64,000 bases of DNA, from IMG/VR virus record IMGVR_UViG_3300023184_000047, positions 34,057 through 98,056 of that record; one strand, 5' to 3'. Within the stretch, counting starts at the first letter, position 1. Each line of letters opens with the position of its first letter. Shown here piece after piece: positions 16,022 through 25,248 of this stretch. Under the pieces are notes generated by a model. That model worked only from the letters and a program-made list of their open reading frames with translations, searched no databases and was not told where the DNA came from. Origin of the DNA: a virus. Taxonomy: Duplodnaviria; Heunggongvirae; Uroviricota; Caudoviricetes. The position numbers were made by a program, and so were the translations under genes.

Positions 16022-17155
16022 ATGGAAAATAATAATAGTGTTTGCTTTATAGCAAAAATCAACGAAGTAAGAGCAATCGAAGGTGCTGATAACATCGAAC
16101 AAGCAGTTATCGGAGGATGGAATACGATTGTAAAAAAAGGAACACATCAAGCCGGACAACTAGTAATAGTTGCAACTACTGATGCAGTTATCCCTTTAGA
16201 ACTTTCTGACAAGTTCGGTGTAACCTCTTACCTAAGAAAAGGACAAAGAGTTAGAACAGTAAAACTAAGAGGAGTTTATTCTGAATGCTTAGTAATACCA
16301 ATTACTCCAGGACATGAGATTAACTACTCAGAGGGTCAAGACATGATGGGAAAACTTGGTATCGTAAAATACGAACCACCAGTTAAACAAATTCAACTTG
16401 CTTCAGGTAGAAAGATTAAATGGAGAGACAATCAAAACTTCCATATCTATTACAAATTCCCAAACCTTAAAAACGTTGATGGAATGTTTACAGAACAAGA
16501 TACAGTTCAAATCACTAGAAAGATTCACGGAACAAATGCAAGATATGGTATTGTAAAGAAAGGACAATTAACATTCTGGGATAAAGTAAAAAAATTCTTT
16601 AGAATTGCTGATGCTTGGATTGATTATGAATACATTTATGGATCTCATAACTGTGAAAAAGGAAGTGACTCTCAAGGATTTTATTCAACTGATGTTTGGA
16701 GAACAACTGAAGAAAAGTATGGTATCAAACAAAGGCTTTGGAATTATGTGAAACATATGCAAACTCCTGAAACAATCGGAGAAGGAATAATTCTTTACGG
16801 AGAAATTTACGGAGCTGGTATTCAAAAGAACTATGAATATGGTTTAGAAGATATTAAGTTTACAGGATTCGATTTAAAAATAAATGGAGAGTACGTATCT
16901 ACACGTAGAGCAGAGTTCTTAATAGAGGCTGAATGTGAATTAGGACTCCCTCACGTAGAAGTTCTTTACGAAGGACTATGGAATCAAGAAGTTCAAGATA
17001 GCTTTGTATTCAAAAACTTCATTGAAGGAACAAAAGTACCACATGAAGGAATTGTAATCAAACACATCTCAGGTGAAAGAAAGAAAGTAGCAAAGGTAAT
17101 CAATCCAGACTATTTAATCTACGGAGAGAAGAATGATGTAGGAGATTCACATTAA
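16022..17155 (+). CDS. ATP-dependent RNA ligase (Rnl2/DraRnl-like nucleotidyltransferase with N-terminal extension)
   Basis: Motif I KIHGTN (same hexapeptide as the T4 Rnl2 active-site lysine motif). Motif III ILYGEIYG. Motif IV EGIVIK. Motif V KKVAK. About 160-aa N-terminal domain precedes motif I, as in DraRnl-type ligases. Confidence 0.7.
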   Translation: MENNNSVCFIAKINEVRAIEGADNIEQAVIGGWNTIVKKGTHQAGQLVIVATTDAVIPLELSDKFGVTSYLRKGQRVRTVKLRGVYSECLVIPITPGHEINYSEGQDMMGKLGIVKYEPPVKQIQLASGRKIKWRDNQNFHIYYKFPNLKNVDGMFTEQDTVQITRKIHGTNARYGIVKKGQLTFWDKVKKFFRIADAWIDYEYIYGSHNCEKGSDSQGFYSTDVWRTTEEKYGIKQRLWNYVKHMQTPETIGEGIILYGEIYGAGIQKNYEYGLEDIKFTGFDLKINGEYVSTRRAEFLIEAECELGLPHVEVLYEGLWNQEVQDSFVFKNFIEGTKVPHEGIVIKHISGERKKVAKVINPDYLIYGEKNDVGDSH

Positions 17156-17170
17156 AAATAATTGATAAAA

Positions 17171-17196
17171 GGCTTGCTTCGGCAAGCTTTTTTTCG
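17171..17196 (+). terminator. rho-independent terminator
   Basis: ggcttgc-TTCG-gcaagc hairpin plus T7, immediately followed by a class-A motif at 17193. Confidence 0.7.
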
Positions 17197-17227
17197 TATA
17201 TTTAAGTATTATTAAAAACAAAAAGTT

Positions 17228-17422
17228 ATGATACATTTACCATGGGTACTATTTCTAATTGGGAATATAGGATACCAATTATATGTTTATGATCCTGCAT
17301 TCTGGTTCAGGCAAACAAATGATAAAGTCAATGATGATTTCATTATGGTAATGTCTGTCTTTTTATCTTTCATTGGACTTATATCATCGGCAGTGATATA
17401 CAGTAGTATATTAATTAATTAA
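17228..17422 (+). CDS. small membrane protein
   Basis: Two hydrophobic segments. Confidence 0.4.
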   Translation: MIHLPWVLFLIGNIGYQLYVYDPAFWFRQTNDKVNDDFIMVMSVFLSFIGLISSAVIYSSILIN

Positions 17423-17427
17423 AGGTT

Positions 17428-17865
17428 ATGAAAAACAACAACAAAGTAAATGTATTTAGAATTCATCATAAGGATAATATTGAAATAGGACCTTATAGAT
17501 ACTGTAGGGAAACTAAAGATAGAGAATTATGGGAAGTTTTAATAAAAAAAGAACCTTGGTTTAGAGAAAGAAGACACTTAAAAGATAAAATAAATGACAG
17601 GAAGGTAAATAAGTTTGGTATTGCAAGTTACACATTACAAAGACCTGGAGCATATGAAGATCCATTATTAAGGACAAATATACAAAAGACACAAGGGAGA
17701 GGAATTTTATTTTTTGCTTTTCGAGATATGGATCAACTATTTAACTGGTTTGATGATAAAGAAGAATTAAATTTTTTAGAAAGTAAAAATTTTAGAGTAT
17801 CAAAATTAAAAGTAAATAAAAAAGATCTTTTAGAAGGAGATAAACAAGTAATTATTTTACAATAA
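17428..17865 (+). CDS. hypothetical protein
   Basis: ORF, co-oriented. Confidence 0.4.
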   Translation: MKNNNKVNVFRIHHKDNIEIGPYRYCRETKDRELWEVLIKKEPWFRERRHLKDKINDRKVNKFGIASYTLQRPGAYEDPLLRTNIQKTQGRGILFFAFRDMDQLFNWFDDKEELNFLESKNFRVSKLKVNKKDLLEGDKQVIILQ

Positions 17866-18088
17866 AAGTTATGAGAGGAAAAAGAGTTTACTGTGAAGAT
17901 ATATCACCCACTCTAAAATCAATTAGAACGTCTAAGAAACACGGAAAAATAGTGGAGATAAACGGTCTACAGTATGAGTATGTGGGAGATGATATGTTAT
18001 TTTGTTTAAAAACTTTTCGCATAAAAAAGTTGGTTACTTAAAATATTCTTCGTATATTTAGGTATATTAATAATAAAAAATAAAGGTT

Positions 18089-18649
18089 ATGTTTTACAAA
18101 TTCAATCAAGATACTCTTGAATTCCAAAGAGTAAAACCATCCACTTACGTAAAAGGAGGATTATTAATTTTAGTAGTTGCTACTATTGTAGGATTTAGTT
18201 CTTCACCAAGACCTACATTAAAAAATTTAACACCAGAAGAAAAAATAATTGTTGTTAGAGAGTATAATGGATTTACACAAAAAGCTTTGATTGAAAAGAT
18301 CAAATCACTTAATTTTAAATTCCCATACATCATTCTTGCTCAATCAATCCAAGAGACAGGAAATTATAATTCAACTATCTTTCGTGAGAACTCAAACTTA
18401 TTCGGAATGAAGGAAGCAACTATTAGAACCAATCTAGCAAAGGGTACTAATAGAGGACATGCCTATTACGATACTTGGCAAGATTCACTTATCGACTATG
18501 CTCTATACTCAGCAACTTATCTTTCTGATATAAAAACGGAAGGAGAGTATTTTGAATACTTAAGACAGAATTATGCTGAAGATCCAACGTATGTTATTAG
18601 GTTAAAAGCATTGATTAAAAACAATAATTTAAAAGCTAAATTTAATTAG
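18089..18649 (+). CDS. endolysin, glucosaminidase (FlgJ-type) family, with N-terminal signal-anchor
   Basis: ILAQSIQETGNYNSTIFRENSNLFGMK...YYDTWQDSLIDYALY matches the glucosaminidase-domain core (AQAALESGWG...NNLFGIK...DY). N-terminal TM helix GLLILVVATIVGF. Preceded by the class-A motif at 18049. Confidence 0.65.
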   Translation: MFYKFNQDTLEFQRVKPSTYVKGGLLILVVATIVGFSSSPRPTLKNLTPEEKIIVVREYNGFTQKALIEKIKSLNFKFPYIILAQSIQETGNYNSTIFRENSNLFGMKEATIRTNLAKGTNRGHAYYDTWQDSLIDYALYSATYLSDIKTEGEYFEYLRQNYAEDPTYVIRLKALIKNNNLKAKFN

Positions 18650-18651
18650 TT

Positions 18652-19314
18652 ATGGCAACATTAGAATCACAATATAATAAATTCTTATTCTCAAATCCAA
18701 AATCAGGCTTATCATTTAATGAATGGAAAGTATGGCATGGTAGTCAAATCAAACAAGCTCTAATCGATATGATGAAATCAGATGAAGAGTTAGGCTTATA
18801 TGATGATACAGAGATTAACAGGATAGAATTAGTATGTAAAGATTGTAGTGATTCATTAGAAGACTGTACTTGTATTAAAAGCACTATTGACTTTCCTAAA
18901 CAAGAAATTAAATTGGAAGAAGTATTCAATGATGATAAAAAAGAGAATATTAAAAAGTTTATTGATGAAATACAGAATCCATCTGAACCAAATCAAGCAC
19001 TTAAAGATGCATTTGAGAAGTATTCAGAGTATTTAGAGGATTTTGAAAATAAAAATACTTATGAACATGGATTTAAAGATGGTGCTAAATGGCAACAAGA
19101 GCAGTACACTATAGAAGAACAGCATGTTGGACATACTATTGATGAACTTGATAAAGAATATATTAAAGGATTTAATGAAGGTTCAGCTTGGCAACAAGAA
19201 AGAAGTTATAGTGAGGAAGAAGTAATAGTATTTGGAGAGTTTATATTTAAACATAGTCTATTAACGCACGCAAAAGGAGTTAAAAATTTATTTGAACAAT
19301 TTAAAAAGAAATAA
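18652..19314 (+). CDS. hypothetical protein
   Basis: ORF, co-oriented. Confidence 0.4.
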   Translation: MATLESQYNKFLFSNPKSGLSFNEWKVWHGSQIKQALIDMMKSDEELGLYDDTEINRIELVCKDCSDSLEDCTCIKSTIDFPKQEIKLEEVFNDDKKENIKKFIDEIQNPSEPNQALKDAFEKYSEYLEDFENKNTYEHGFKDGAKWQQEQYTIEEQHVGHTIDELDKEYIKGFNEGSAWQQERSYSEEEVIVFGEFIFKHSLLTHAKGVKNLFEQFKKK

Positions 19315-19315
19315 G

Positions 19316-19546
19316 ATGACAGCAGTAGAATGGTTATATAAAAACTTATTAGAAAATCCAATATCAAATCAAGATATAGAGTATAACGAAGCAGTATTTC
19401 ATAATGCTAAAGAAATGGAAAAGCAACAAGGCTATAGTGAGGAAGATGTAAAAAATGCATTCCTTGATGGTTGGCAATTAAGGGATGGAGATTTACCATT
19501 TCCTAAAGCAAAGAAAAAATGGTATGAACAATTTAAAAACAAATAA
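19316..19546 (+). CDS. small paralogous protein, MTAVEWLYKNLLENPISNQDIEY family, copy 1
   Basis: Start moved to the internal ATG (MTAVEW) that follows the conserved junction AAATAAGATG. Ends ...KAKKKWYEQFKNK. Confidence 0.45.
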   Translation: MTAVEWLYKNLLENPISNQDIEYNEAVFHNAKEMEKQQGYSEEDVKNAFLDGWQLRDGDLPFPKAKKKWYEQFKNK

Positions 19547-19550
19547 GATT

Positions 19551-19820
19551 ATGAAAATATTAGAAGAATTAAGTCACAACATTTTTTATAAAATGGGTGA
19601 TTATAGTCAATTAGTAATTGATTTAGTAGAAGAAGTAGAAGACGCTATAACCTACGATGAAGGTATAGATACTTTAAAATCTATAAACTACAATATTATT
19701 AATGTGTTGGAGGTTATAAATATCAATCGTATTGCGGACATAAAAGCTTTAGAATTATTATCTAAATTCATAAATGAAATGGTAGAAAATCAACCACAAT
19801 TAGAATTTAAAAACAAATAA
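19551..19820 (+). CDS. hypothetical small protein
   Basis: ORF-track start at 19485 is an out-of-frame extension over the upstream gene's tail. Real start likely ATGAAAATATTAG after the conserved junction. Confidence 0.4.
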   Translation: MKILEELSHNIFYKMGDYSQLVIDLVEEVEDAITYDEGIDTLKSINYNIINVLEVININRIADIKALELLSKFINEMVENQPQLEFKNK

Positions 19821-19823
19821 GAT

Positions 19824-20063
19824 ATGACAGCAGTAGAATGGTTATTTCAAGAATTAGATAATTATTATCAAATGAAAGGTAACGTCATTAAAAAAGAAAT
19901 TTTAAAACAAGCTAAAGAAATGGAAAAGCATCAACAAGGTTATAGTGAGGAAGAAGTTGAAGAGTTAATATACAACGTATGTGGTACAGTAGCAAGACTA
20001 CAAGGAATTGTGTTAAATGGCAATCACATAAATACTGCTTATAAACAACATAAAAAGAAATAA
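19824..20063 (+). CDS. small paralogous protein, MTAVEWL family, copy 2
   Basis: MTAVEWLFQELDNYYQ...; shares the N-terminus and KEMEKHQQGYSEEEV with copies 1 and 3. Confidence 0.45.
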   Translation: MTAVEWLFQELDNYYQMKGNVIKKEILKQAKEMEKHQQGYSEEEVEELIYNVCGTVARLQGIVLNGNHINTAYKQHKKK

Positions 20064-20064
20064 G

Positions 20065-20271
20065 ATGACAGCAGTAGAATGGTTATACAAAAATTTATTA
20101 GAAAATCCAATATCAAATCAAGATATAGAGTATAATGAAGCAGTATTTCATAATGCTAAAGAAATGGAAAAGCAACAGATTGTAGATGTTTTTGTGGATA
20201 GCAGAATTTTATCTGTAACTAATAATATTAATAGTGGGGAACAATACTACAACGAAACATTTAACAAATAA
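20065..20271 (+). CDS. small paralogous protein, MTAVEWL family, copy 3
   Basis: The first 38 residues are identical to copy 1. Confidence 0.45.
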   Translation: MTAVEWLYKNLLENPISNQDIEYNEAVFHNAKEMEKQQIVDVFVDSRILSVTNNINSGEQYYNETFNK

Positions 20272-20274
20272 GAT

Positions 20275-20583
20275 ATGAAATATCAATTTAGACCTTATGC
20301 AAAAATGCAACCTACTATAGTAACATTAACAGGTAAAGTTTATGAAAAAGGAGAACATCCTTTATACACAGAATATAAAATTATTGAGGTTGTTGATCAA
20401 GAAGGTGAAATACATTATGCTTTTGAAGATGAACTTACTTCAGATGAAGTAAAAGAACAAGAAAGAAGTTATACTGAAGAAGATGTAAAAAATGCTTTCC
20501 TTGATGGTTGGCAATTAAGAGATGGAGATTTACCATTTCCTAAAGCAAAGAAAAAATGGTTTAATGAATTTAAAAAGAAATAA
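20275..20583 (+). CDS. small protein sharing the C-terminal module with copy 1
   Basis: C-terminus EEDVKNAFLDGWQLRDGDLPFPKAKKKWFNEFKKK parallels 19316..19546. Confidence 0.45.
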   Translation: MKYQFRPYAKMQPTIVTLTGKVYEKGEHPLYTEYKIIEVVDQEGEIHYAFEDELTSDEVKEQERSYTEEDVKNAFLDGWQLRDGDLPFPKAKKKWFNEFKKK

Positions 20584-20584
20584 G

Positions 20585-21202
20585 ATGGAAGACTTTTTTG
20601 AAGAATTACAAAACAGACCAAGACCAAATATATTCAGAAGAATATATCTTTGGTGGAAATTTGATGGAAAGCATTACCCCACCTACCTCAAACAAGGAAT
20701 AAAAAACCTATGGTATTGGTTTCCAATTATTTGGAAAGATAGAAATTGGGATGATCACTACATCTTTGAAGTCCTTAAACATAAACTTAAAGCTCAAGCC
20801 AAATACATTGGTGATAGAGATTTTCATACACGAGCACAACTTGATGCCAAGAGAATGAGACTTTGTGTTAAGCTAATTGAAAAAGTTCAAGATGAATCCT
20901 ATCAAATGGAGTATATGGATTATGCAAAAGATAGAGTTTGGTTCACAGATTGCGAAGATAGACCAGGATCTTCTCTTTATAATTCAGAAGAGGTATGGGA
21001 AAAGTATGATGACTTCTTTAAAAAGTACCCTCTTGTTTATAAAAGAGTAATGAAAGGAGAAGGACCATTTACTTTAGACGGTAGAGATGAAGCTGATATA
21101 AAAAGAATTGTAGCAATGAATATTGCCCATGTAAATCAAGAAAGAGTACATAAACTTCTATTTAAAATTTTAGAAGAAAATATTAGAGGATGGTGGGATT
21201 AA
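20585..21202 (+). CDS. hypothetical protein
   Basis: Start set to MEDFFEEL after the conserved junction. ORF-track start 20522 is an out-of-frame upstream extension. Confidence 0.4.
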   Translation: MEDFFEELQNRPRPNIFRRIYLWWKFDGKHYPTYLKQGIKNLWYWFPIIWKDRNWDDHYIFEVLKHKLKAQAKYIGDRDFHTRAQLDAKRMRLCVKLIEKVQDESYQMEYMDYAKDRVWFTDCEDRPGSSLYNSEEVWEKYDDFFKKYPLVYKRVMKGEGPFTLDGRDEADIKRIVAMNIAHVNQERVHKLLFKILEENIRGWWD

Positions 21203-21223
21203 ATTTGGTAAATTAAAATAAAT

Positions 21224-21243
21224 TTCGTATATTTAGATATAAA
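21224..21243 (+). promoter_or_regulatory. class-A promoter-like motif (variant)
   Basis: aaaTTTCGTATATTTAGATATAAAAcaaaag. Confidence 0.4.
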
Positions 21244-21253
21244 ACAAAAGACA

Positions 21254-21616
21254 ATGAAAAAAATATTAATATTATGCTTATGCTTAGCGTTTTTCAATGC
21301 TAATGCTCAAAAGATTACTAAAAAATTTTTAGTAGGTACATGGACATCAGAAACTATTGAAATGGTATTTTCGATAGAGAATAAAAAAGATTTTAAGATC
21401 GAGTGCTATTCTACCTTGACTGGAAGTCATGTAAAAGTTCTAGCTTATCAGTTTGATAAAGGAAGTTTCTATTTAGAGACTTTATACGAACCAAATGATT
21501 GGACTGCACTTGCTAAATTTTTTCTAATTGATGAAAATACTATAGTAGGAGATTATGTATGCGATGCTCCTGGACAGGTGATATATAAAAGAGTTCTTGA
21601 TACTGATAAAAAGTAA
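21254..21616 (+). CDS. secreted or periplasmic small protein
   Basis: Signal peptide MKKILILCLCLAFFNANAQ. Confidence 0.45.
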   Translation: MKKILILCLCLAFFNANAQKITKKFLVGTWTSETIEMVFSIENKKDFKIECYSTLTGSHVKVLAYQFDKGSFYLETLYEPNDWTALAKFFLIDENTIVGDYVCDAPGQVIYKRVLDTDKK

Positions 21617-21621
21617 ATGAA

Positions 21622-22056
21622 ATGAAAAAAAGAATATACTTAGACGATATAAGAACACCTGTATCACCAAACAATGAATGGGTGGAAGGAATACCAGATT
21701 GGACTGTTGTTCGTTCTTATGATGAGTTTGTAGCCAAAGTAACTGAGATTGGACTAGAAAATATTGAATTAATATCATTAGATCACGACTTAGGACCTTC
21801 AGCAATGGCTGAATGGCATTCAAACGTATATCATAATTATGAACTGAATTATGATAATATTCAGGAAAAAACTGGAATGGATTGTACTAAATGGTTAGTT
21901 GAACAATGGCTGGATGGAGCTCCTGTTGTTGATGTTGTAATACATTCTGCAAATGCAGTTGGTAGTGCAAACATGATGGGGTACATAAACAACTACAGAC
22001 ACATTCATAGATTACCTCAGAATTGTGTAAGAGTACAAATAGAACATACAGTATAG
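21622..22056 (+). CDS. hypothetical protein
   Basis: ORF, co-oriented. Confidence 0.4.
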   Translation: MKKRIYLDDIRTPVSPNNEWVEGIPDWTVVRSYDEFVAKVTEIGLENIELISLDHDLGPSAMAEWHSNVYHNYELNYDNIQEKTGMDCTKWLVEQWLDGAPVVDVVIHSANAVGSANMMGYINNYRHIHRLPQNCVRVQIEHTV

Positions 22057-22061
22057 ATTAT

Positions 22062-22352
22062 ATGAAGATTAAAAAATATTTACAAAAAGGAGATAAGGTT
22101 TTAGTATGGTCTTTACAGTCTTTCTCATCAGGAGGATTCTTAAAAGGTGAACCAGCTTTTTTAAGACAATCACAATCTGGAGATAGTGTTATTGTTTGTG
22201 TTACTAGAAATTTTAAAGGACAGTACCTAATTGATAATAGTTATGAGGTTTATAGAGAACAAGTAAAAAAAGTTAAAAGTAAACATTGGGATGCCTCTAA
22301 AGATTTAAAAAAATTAAGAAAAGAGATTATAAAAAATCAAGCAATCCTCTGA
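22062..22352 (+). CDS. hypothetical protein
   Basis: Start moved to the ATG after the upstream stop. ORF-track start at 22023 overlaps the previous gene. Confidence 0.35.
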   Translation: MKIKKYLQKGDKVLVWSLQSFSSGGFLKGEPAFLRQSQSGDSVIVCVTRNFKGQYLIDNSYEVYREQVKKVKSKHWDASKDLKKLRKEIIKNQAIL

Positions 22353-22359
22353 TAAGATT

Positions 22360-22578
22360 ATGACACTAAAAGAAAAGTTTTCTCCTCACGTAAAATATTG
22401 GGATTGTTATAATGATGAGCCATTAAAATATGACCATAATAATAAATGTGTTAAAATAGCAGATGAATTTGCTATTGGATTTGCAGATTGGTTTCATGCA
22501 AATTGTTATGAAGATAAAATAGGATATTACACAGCATCAGAATTATTAGAAACATATAAAAAAGAAAAAGGATTATGA
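22360..22578 (+). CDS. small paralogous protein (ADEFAIGFADWF family) copy 1
   Basis: MTLKEKFSP...KIADEFAIGFADWFH...ELLETYKKEKGL. Confidence 0.45.
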   Translation: MTLKEKFSPHVKYWDCYNDEPLKYDHNNKCVKIADEFAIGFADWFHANCYEDKIGYYTASELLETYKKEKGL

Positions 22579-22814
22579 CATTAATAGAAAAATTTTTACC
22601 TAAAATGTACTGCTATATGGGTAGTGGAATGTTAACTGATTCCTATGATGAAAAAGTAGCTGAAGATAATGCTAAAGAATGCGAACAAATAGCAGATGAA
22701 TTTGCTATTGAATTTGCAGATTGGATTAGAGTTTGTAAACTAAAAGGCAGACCTTATAATTTTGAAAATATAAAAGAACTATTAGAAATTTATAAAGACG
22801 AAAAAGACTTATGA
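22575..22814 (+). CDS. small paralogous protein (ADEFAIEFADWI family) copy 2
   Basis: MTLIEKFLP...QIADEFAIEFADWI...ELLEIYKDEKDL. The next gene also starts MTLKNK. Confidence 0.45.
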   Translation: MTLIEKFLPKMYCYMGSGMLTDSYDEKVAEDNAKECEQIADEFAIEFADWIRVCKLKGRPYNFENIKELLEIYKDEKDL

Positions 22815-23413
22815 CACTAAAAAATAAAATAAAATACTTTATAAAAGATTTAGATTTTCTAAGAGCATATAACTCTCCATTTAAACCACCAAAATTAAAA
22901 TGGTATTGCGGGAAAGTTGCTTTAGGTGTACCTCATTTCTTTCCTAGAAAATGGGTAAAAGCAACTCCAGAAAGAGCTCATCAAGCTACTTTGGATTGCA
23001 TAAAAAGCACTGAAGAGTTTAATAAACGTAATCCTAAATATACTCGTAGTATAAGGCCTTATGATGAAATATTTGCAAATAAAATGAATTGCTCATATGC
23101 TGTTCCTAAAAAAATAGGATTTGATTTTGTACCATTAGGATGGAAAACTAAATGGGATTCATACAGACATGAATGGAATCCAATGATTAGTTTTGTATTC
23201 TTTAAATGGCAAATAGCTGTTAAATTCATTCCAGAACATGATATGCATTACTGGGAGTCTTGGTTGTATTATACAAGAGAAACAAAAGGCACTACAGCAG
23301 AAAGAGTAGCTCAATGTAGAAAAGAAGCACCACAGACTTGGACAAGACATAGTGGTGATAAAAAAGAAACAACAGATTATTACAATTTAATTTTAAAAAA
23401 GAAATGGCTATGA
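22811..23413 (+). CDS. hypothetical protein
   Basis: 200-aa ORF, Trp and Tyr rich. Confidence 0.4.
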   Translation: MTLKNKIKYFIKDLDFLRAYNSPFKPPKLKWYCGKVALGVPHFFPRKWVKATPERAHQATLDCIKSTEEFNKRNPKYTRSIRPYDEIFANKMNCSYAVPKKIGFDFVPLGWKTKWDSYRHEWNPMISFVFFKWQIAVKFIPEHDMHYWESWLYYTRETKGTTAERVAQCRKEAPQTWTRHSGDKKETTDYYNLILKKKWL

Positions 23414-23772
23414 TAGGAGGAGCACAACCAAAAGTATTATTATCTCAAGCAGAGGATGGTACTTTACATTTAGATCAAATGTTTGAACAAATTTACGGTA
23501 AACAACAAGAACATAAATACAAATTAGTAAGAGAAAGAGACGGCCTAACAAAAACATCTGTAGATGTGAAATGGTTAGAGTTTGGTGAAGATGGAAGATA
23601 TAAAGCAGACTTTCCACAAGTAGCAGTTGGAAGAAGTTTACTTATGTCTCCATTTGGTCCTTCATTCACTTGGCAAACAACACCAGTAACTGAAATAGTA
23701 GAACAAAGAGAAGATTATATAAAATTTAATACTGAAAATTCTTCTTACGAATTATTTGTCTTATCAAAATAA
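23404..23772 (+). CDS. hypothetical protein
   Basis: ORF, co-oriented. Confidence 0.4.
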   Translation: MAMIGGAQPKVLLSQAEDGTLHLDQMFEQIYGKQQEHKYKLVRERDGLTKTSVDVKWLEFGEDGRYKADFPQVAVGRSLLMSPFGPSFTWQTTPVTEIVEQREDYIKFNTENSSYELFVLSK

Positions 23773-23809
23773 ATTTCGTATATTTAAGTATAAATAAAAA
23801 GATAAAGTT

Positions 23810-24526
23810 ATGAGACAATTCAAACTAATAAAAGAATACCCAGCATCTCCTAAATTAGGATTTATAGTACTTGAAAGACACTGTGGGATGTATCATAATA
23901 TAGAGACAGGAAATATGTATGGTTCTCAAATGATTGAAAGTCATCCTGAATACTGGGAAGAAGTAGTTGAGAAGGATTATGAAATCCTAATATCAAGAGT
24001 AGTACCACAAGAAATACTTTCAGTAAAACGTCTCTCAGATGGAGAAGTATTTACAGTAGGTGATGAATTCAAAGCTACTATCGGAAGTAGAGATGTTATT
24101 AGAACTATTCAGAGAATAAAAGTTGAAGGAGATATAATAACTATTCATCACGAAAATGGAGATCTTTCTAATCAAAAACACTTTGGTATTTTTCATACTA
24201 TTAAGAAAGTAAAACAACCAATCTTTCTAACACACGATGGAAAGAATATTTATGAAGGAGATAAAGTATGGTACGTAAATAAAGAGAATTTTTACTACGA
24301 TTATATCTTACCATCCTACGATTATATCTTACCATCCCCAGGAATTAAATTCTGTTCTGATATAAATGCATATTTTCTAACAAGAGAAGATGCAGAAGAT
24401 TATATTAAAAGAAACAGACCACGACTGTCAATTGAAGACTGTTTTAAAATTCTTCAAAATCAGTTTCTATATTCAGTAGGGTTTGAAGAATCAATTGAAG
24501 AATATATAAGAAAAAATAATAAATGA
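23810..24526 (+). CDS. hypothetical protein containing a 7-aa tandem duplication
   Basis: A 21-nt unit is directly duplicated at about 24296..24337, giving YDYILPS-YDYILPS. Preceded by the class-A motif at 23775. Confidence 0.4.
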   Translation: MRQFKLIKEYPASPKLGFIVLERHCGMYHNIETGNMYGSQMIESHPEYWEEVVEKDYEILISRVVPQEILSVKRLSDGEVFTVGDEFKATIGSRDVIRTIQRIKVEGDIITIHHENGDLSNQKHFGIFHTIKKVKQPIFLTHDGKNIYEGDKVWYVNKENFYYDYILPSYDYILPSPGIKFCSDINAYFLTREDAEDYIKRNRPRLSIEDCFKILQNQFLYSVGFEESIEEYIRKNNK

Positions 24527-25230
24527 AAACAAGAATAACAGTAATCTCAGATACACATACAAAACATGGATTGATTCCCCTTACAGATTTACCTGGAGGG
24601 GATTTACTAATCCATGCCGGAGACATAATGAATTCAGGATATAATAAAAATGATATCTTAGACTTCTGTACTTGGTTTCATTCACTTGAGCAATATGATA
24701 AAAAAATATTCATAGCAGGTAATCATGATCGTATGTTTGAGAATCATCCTGAAGGAGTAGAGGAGCTATTAAATATATACTTGGATATTGACTATCTTCA
24801 AGATGAAGCATATGATTTATATGACATGGATACTGATGCAAGTACAAAGATTTATGGTTCACCTTGGCAACCGGAATTCTATTCTTGGGCATTCAATCTT
24901 CCTAAAAATGGAATTGAGTTAGCTGCAAAGTGGGAAGCAATTCCTGACAACACAGACATTCTTATTACTCATGGTCCTGCATTTGGTACTTTGGATACAG
25001 TAGCAGGTCGTCCTTGGGATAATTTAGGATGTGAGTTACTAGCACAAAGAATTGAAGTTATTAAACCAAAAATTCATGTATGTGGTCATATCCATAGTGG
25101 TAGAGGCTATGTGTTTAAAAATGGTACACATTTCTTTAATGCAGCAGTATTGGATGAGCAGTACGAGTACACTCAAAAGCCAATGACCTTTGATTGGGAT
25201 AAAGAAAAAAATACAATTGAGTTTATCTAA
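24523..25230 (+). CDS. calcineurin-like metallophosphoesterase (second copy)
   Basis: ISDTHTKHG, IHAGDIMNSG, IAGNHD, ITHGP and CGHIH motifs. Confidence 0.65.
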   Translation: MKTRITVISDTHTKHGLIPLTDLPGGDLLIHAGDIMNSGYNKNDILDFCTWFHSLEQYDKKIFIAGNHDRMFENHPEGVEELLNIYLDIDYLQDEAYDLYDMDTDASTKIYGSPWQPEFYSWAFNLPKNGIELAAKWEAIPDNTDILITHGPAFGTLDTVAGRPWDNLGCELLAQRIEVIKPKIHVCGHIHSGRGYVFKNGTHFFNAAVLDEQYEYTQKPMTFDWDKEKNTIEFI

Positions 25231-25248
25231 TATTTATTGTAAAACAAT

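Noticed and set aside
19485-20600. Apparent about 60-nt out-of-frame overlaps (19292/19485 and 20275/20522), as possible programmed frameshift sites
   Set aside because: The overlaps arise because the conserved Lys-rich gene ends are open in a second frame. Proper ATG starts (19551 and 20585) follow the conserved AAATAAGATATG junction. No slippery heptamer is evident.
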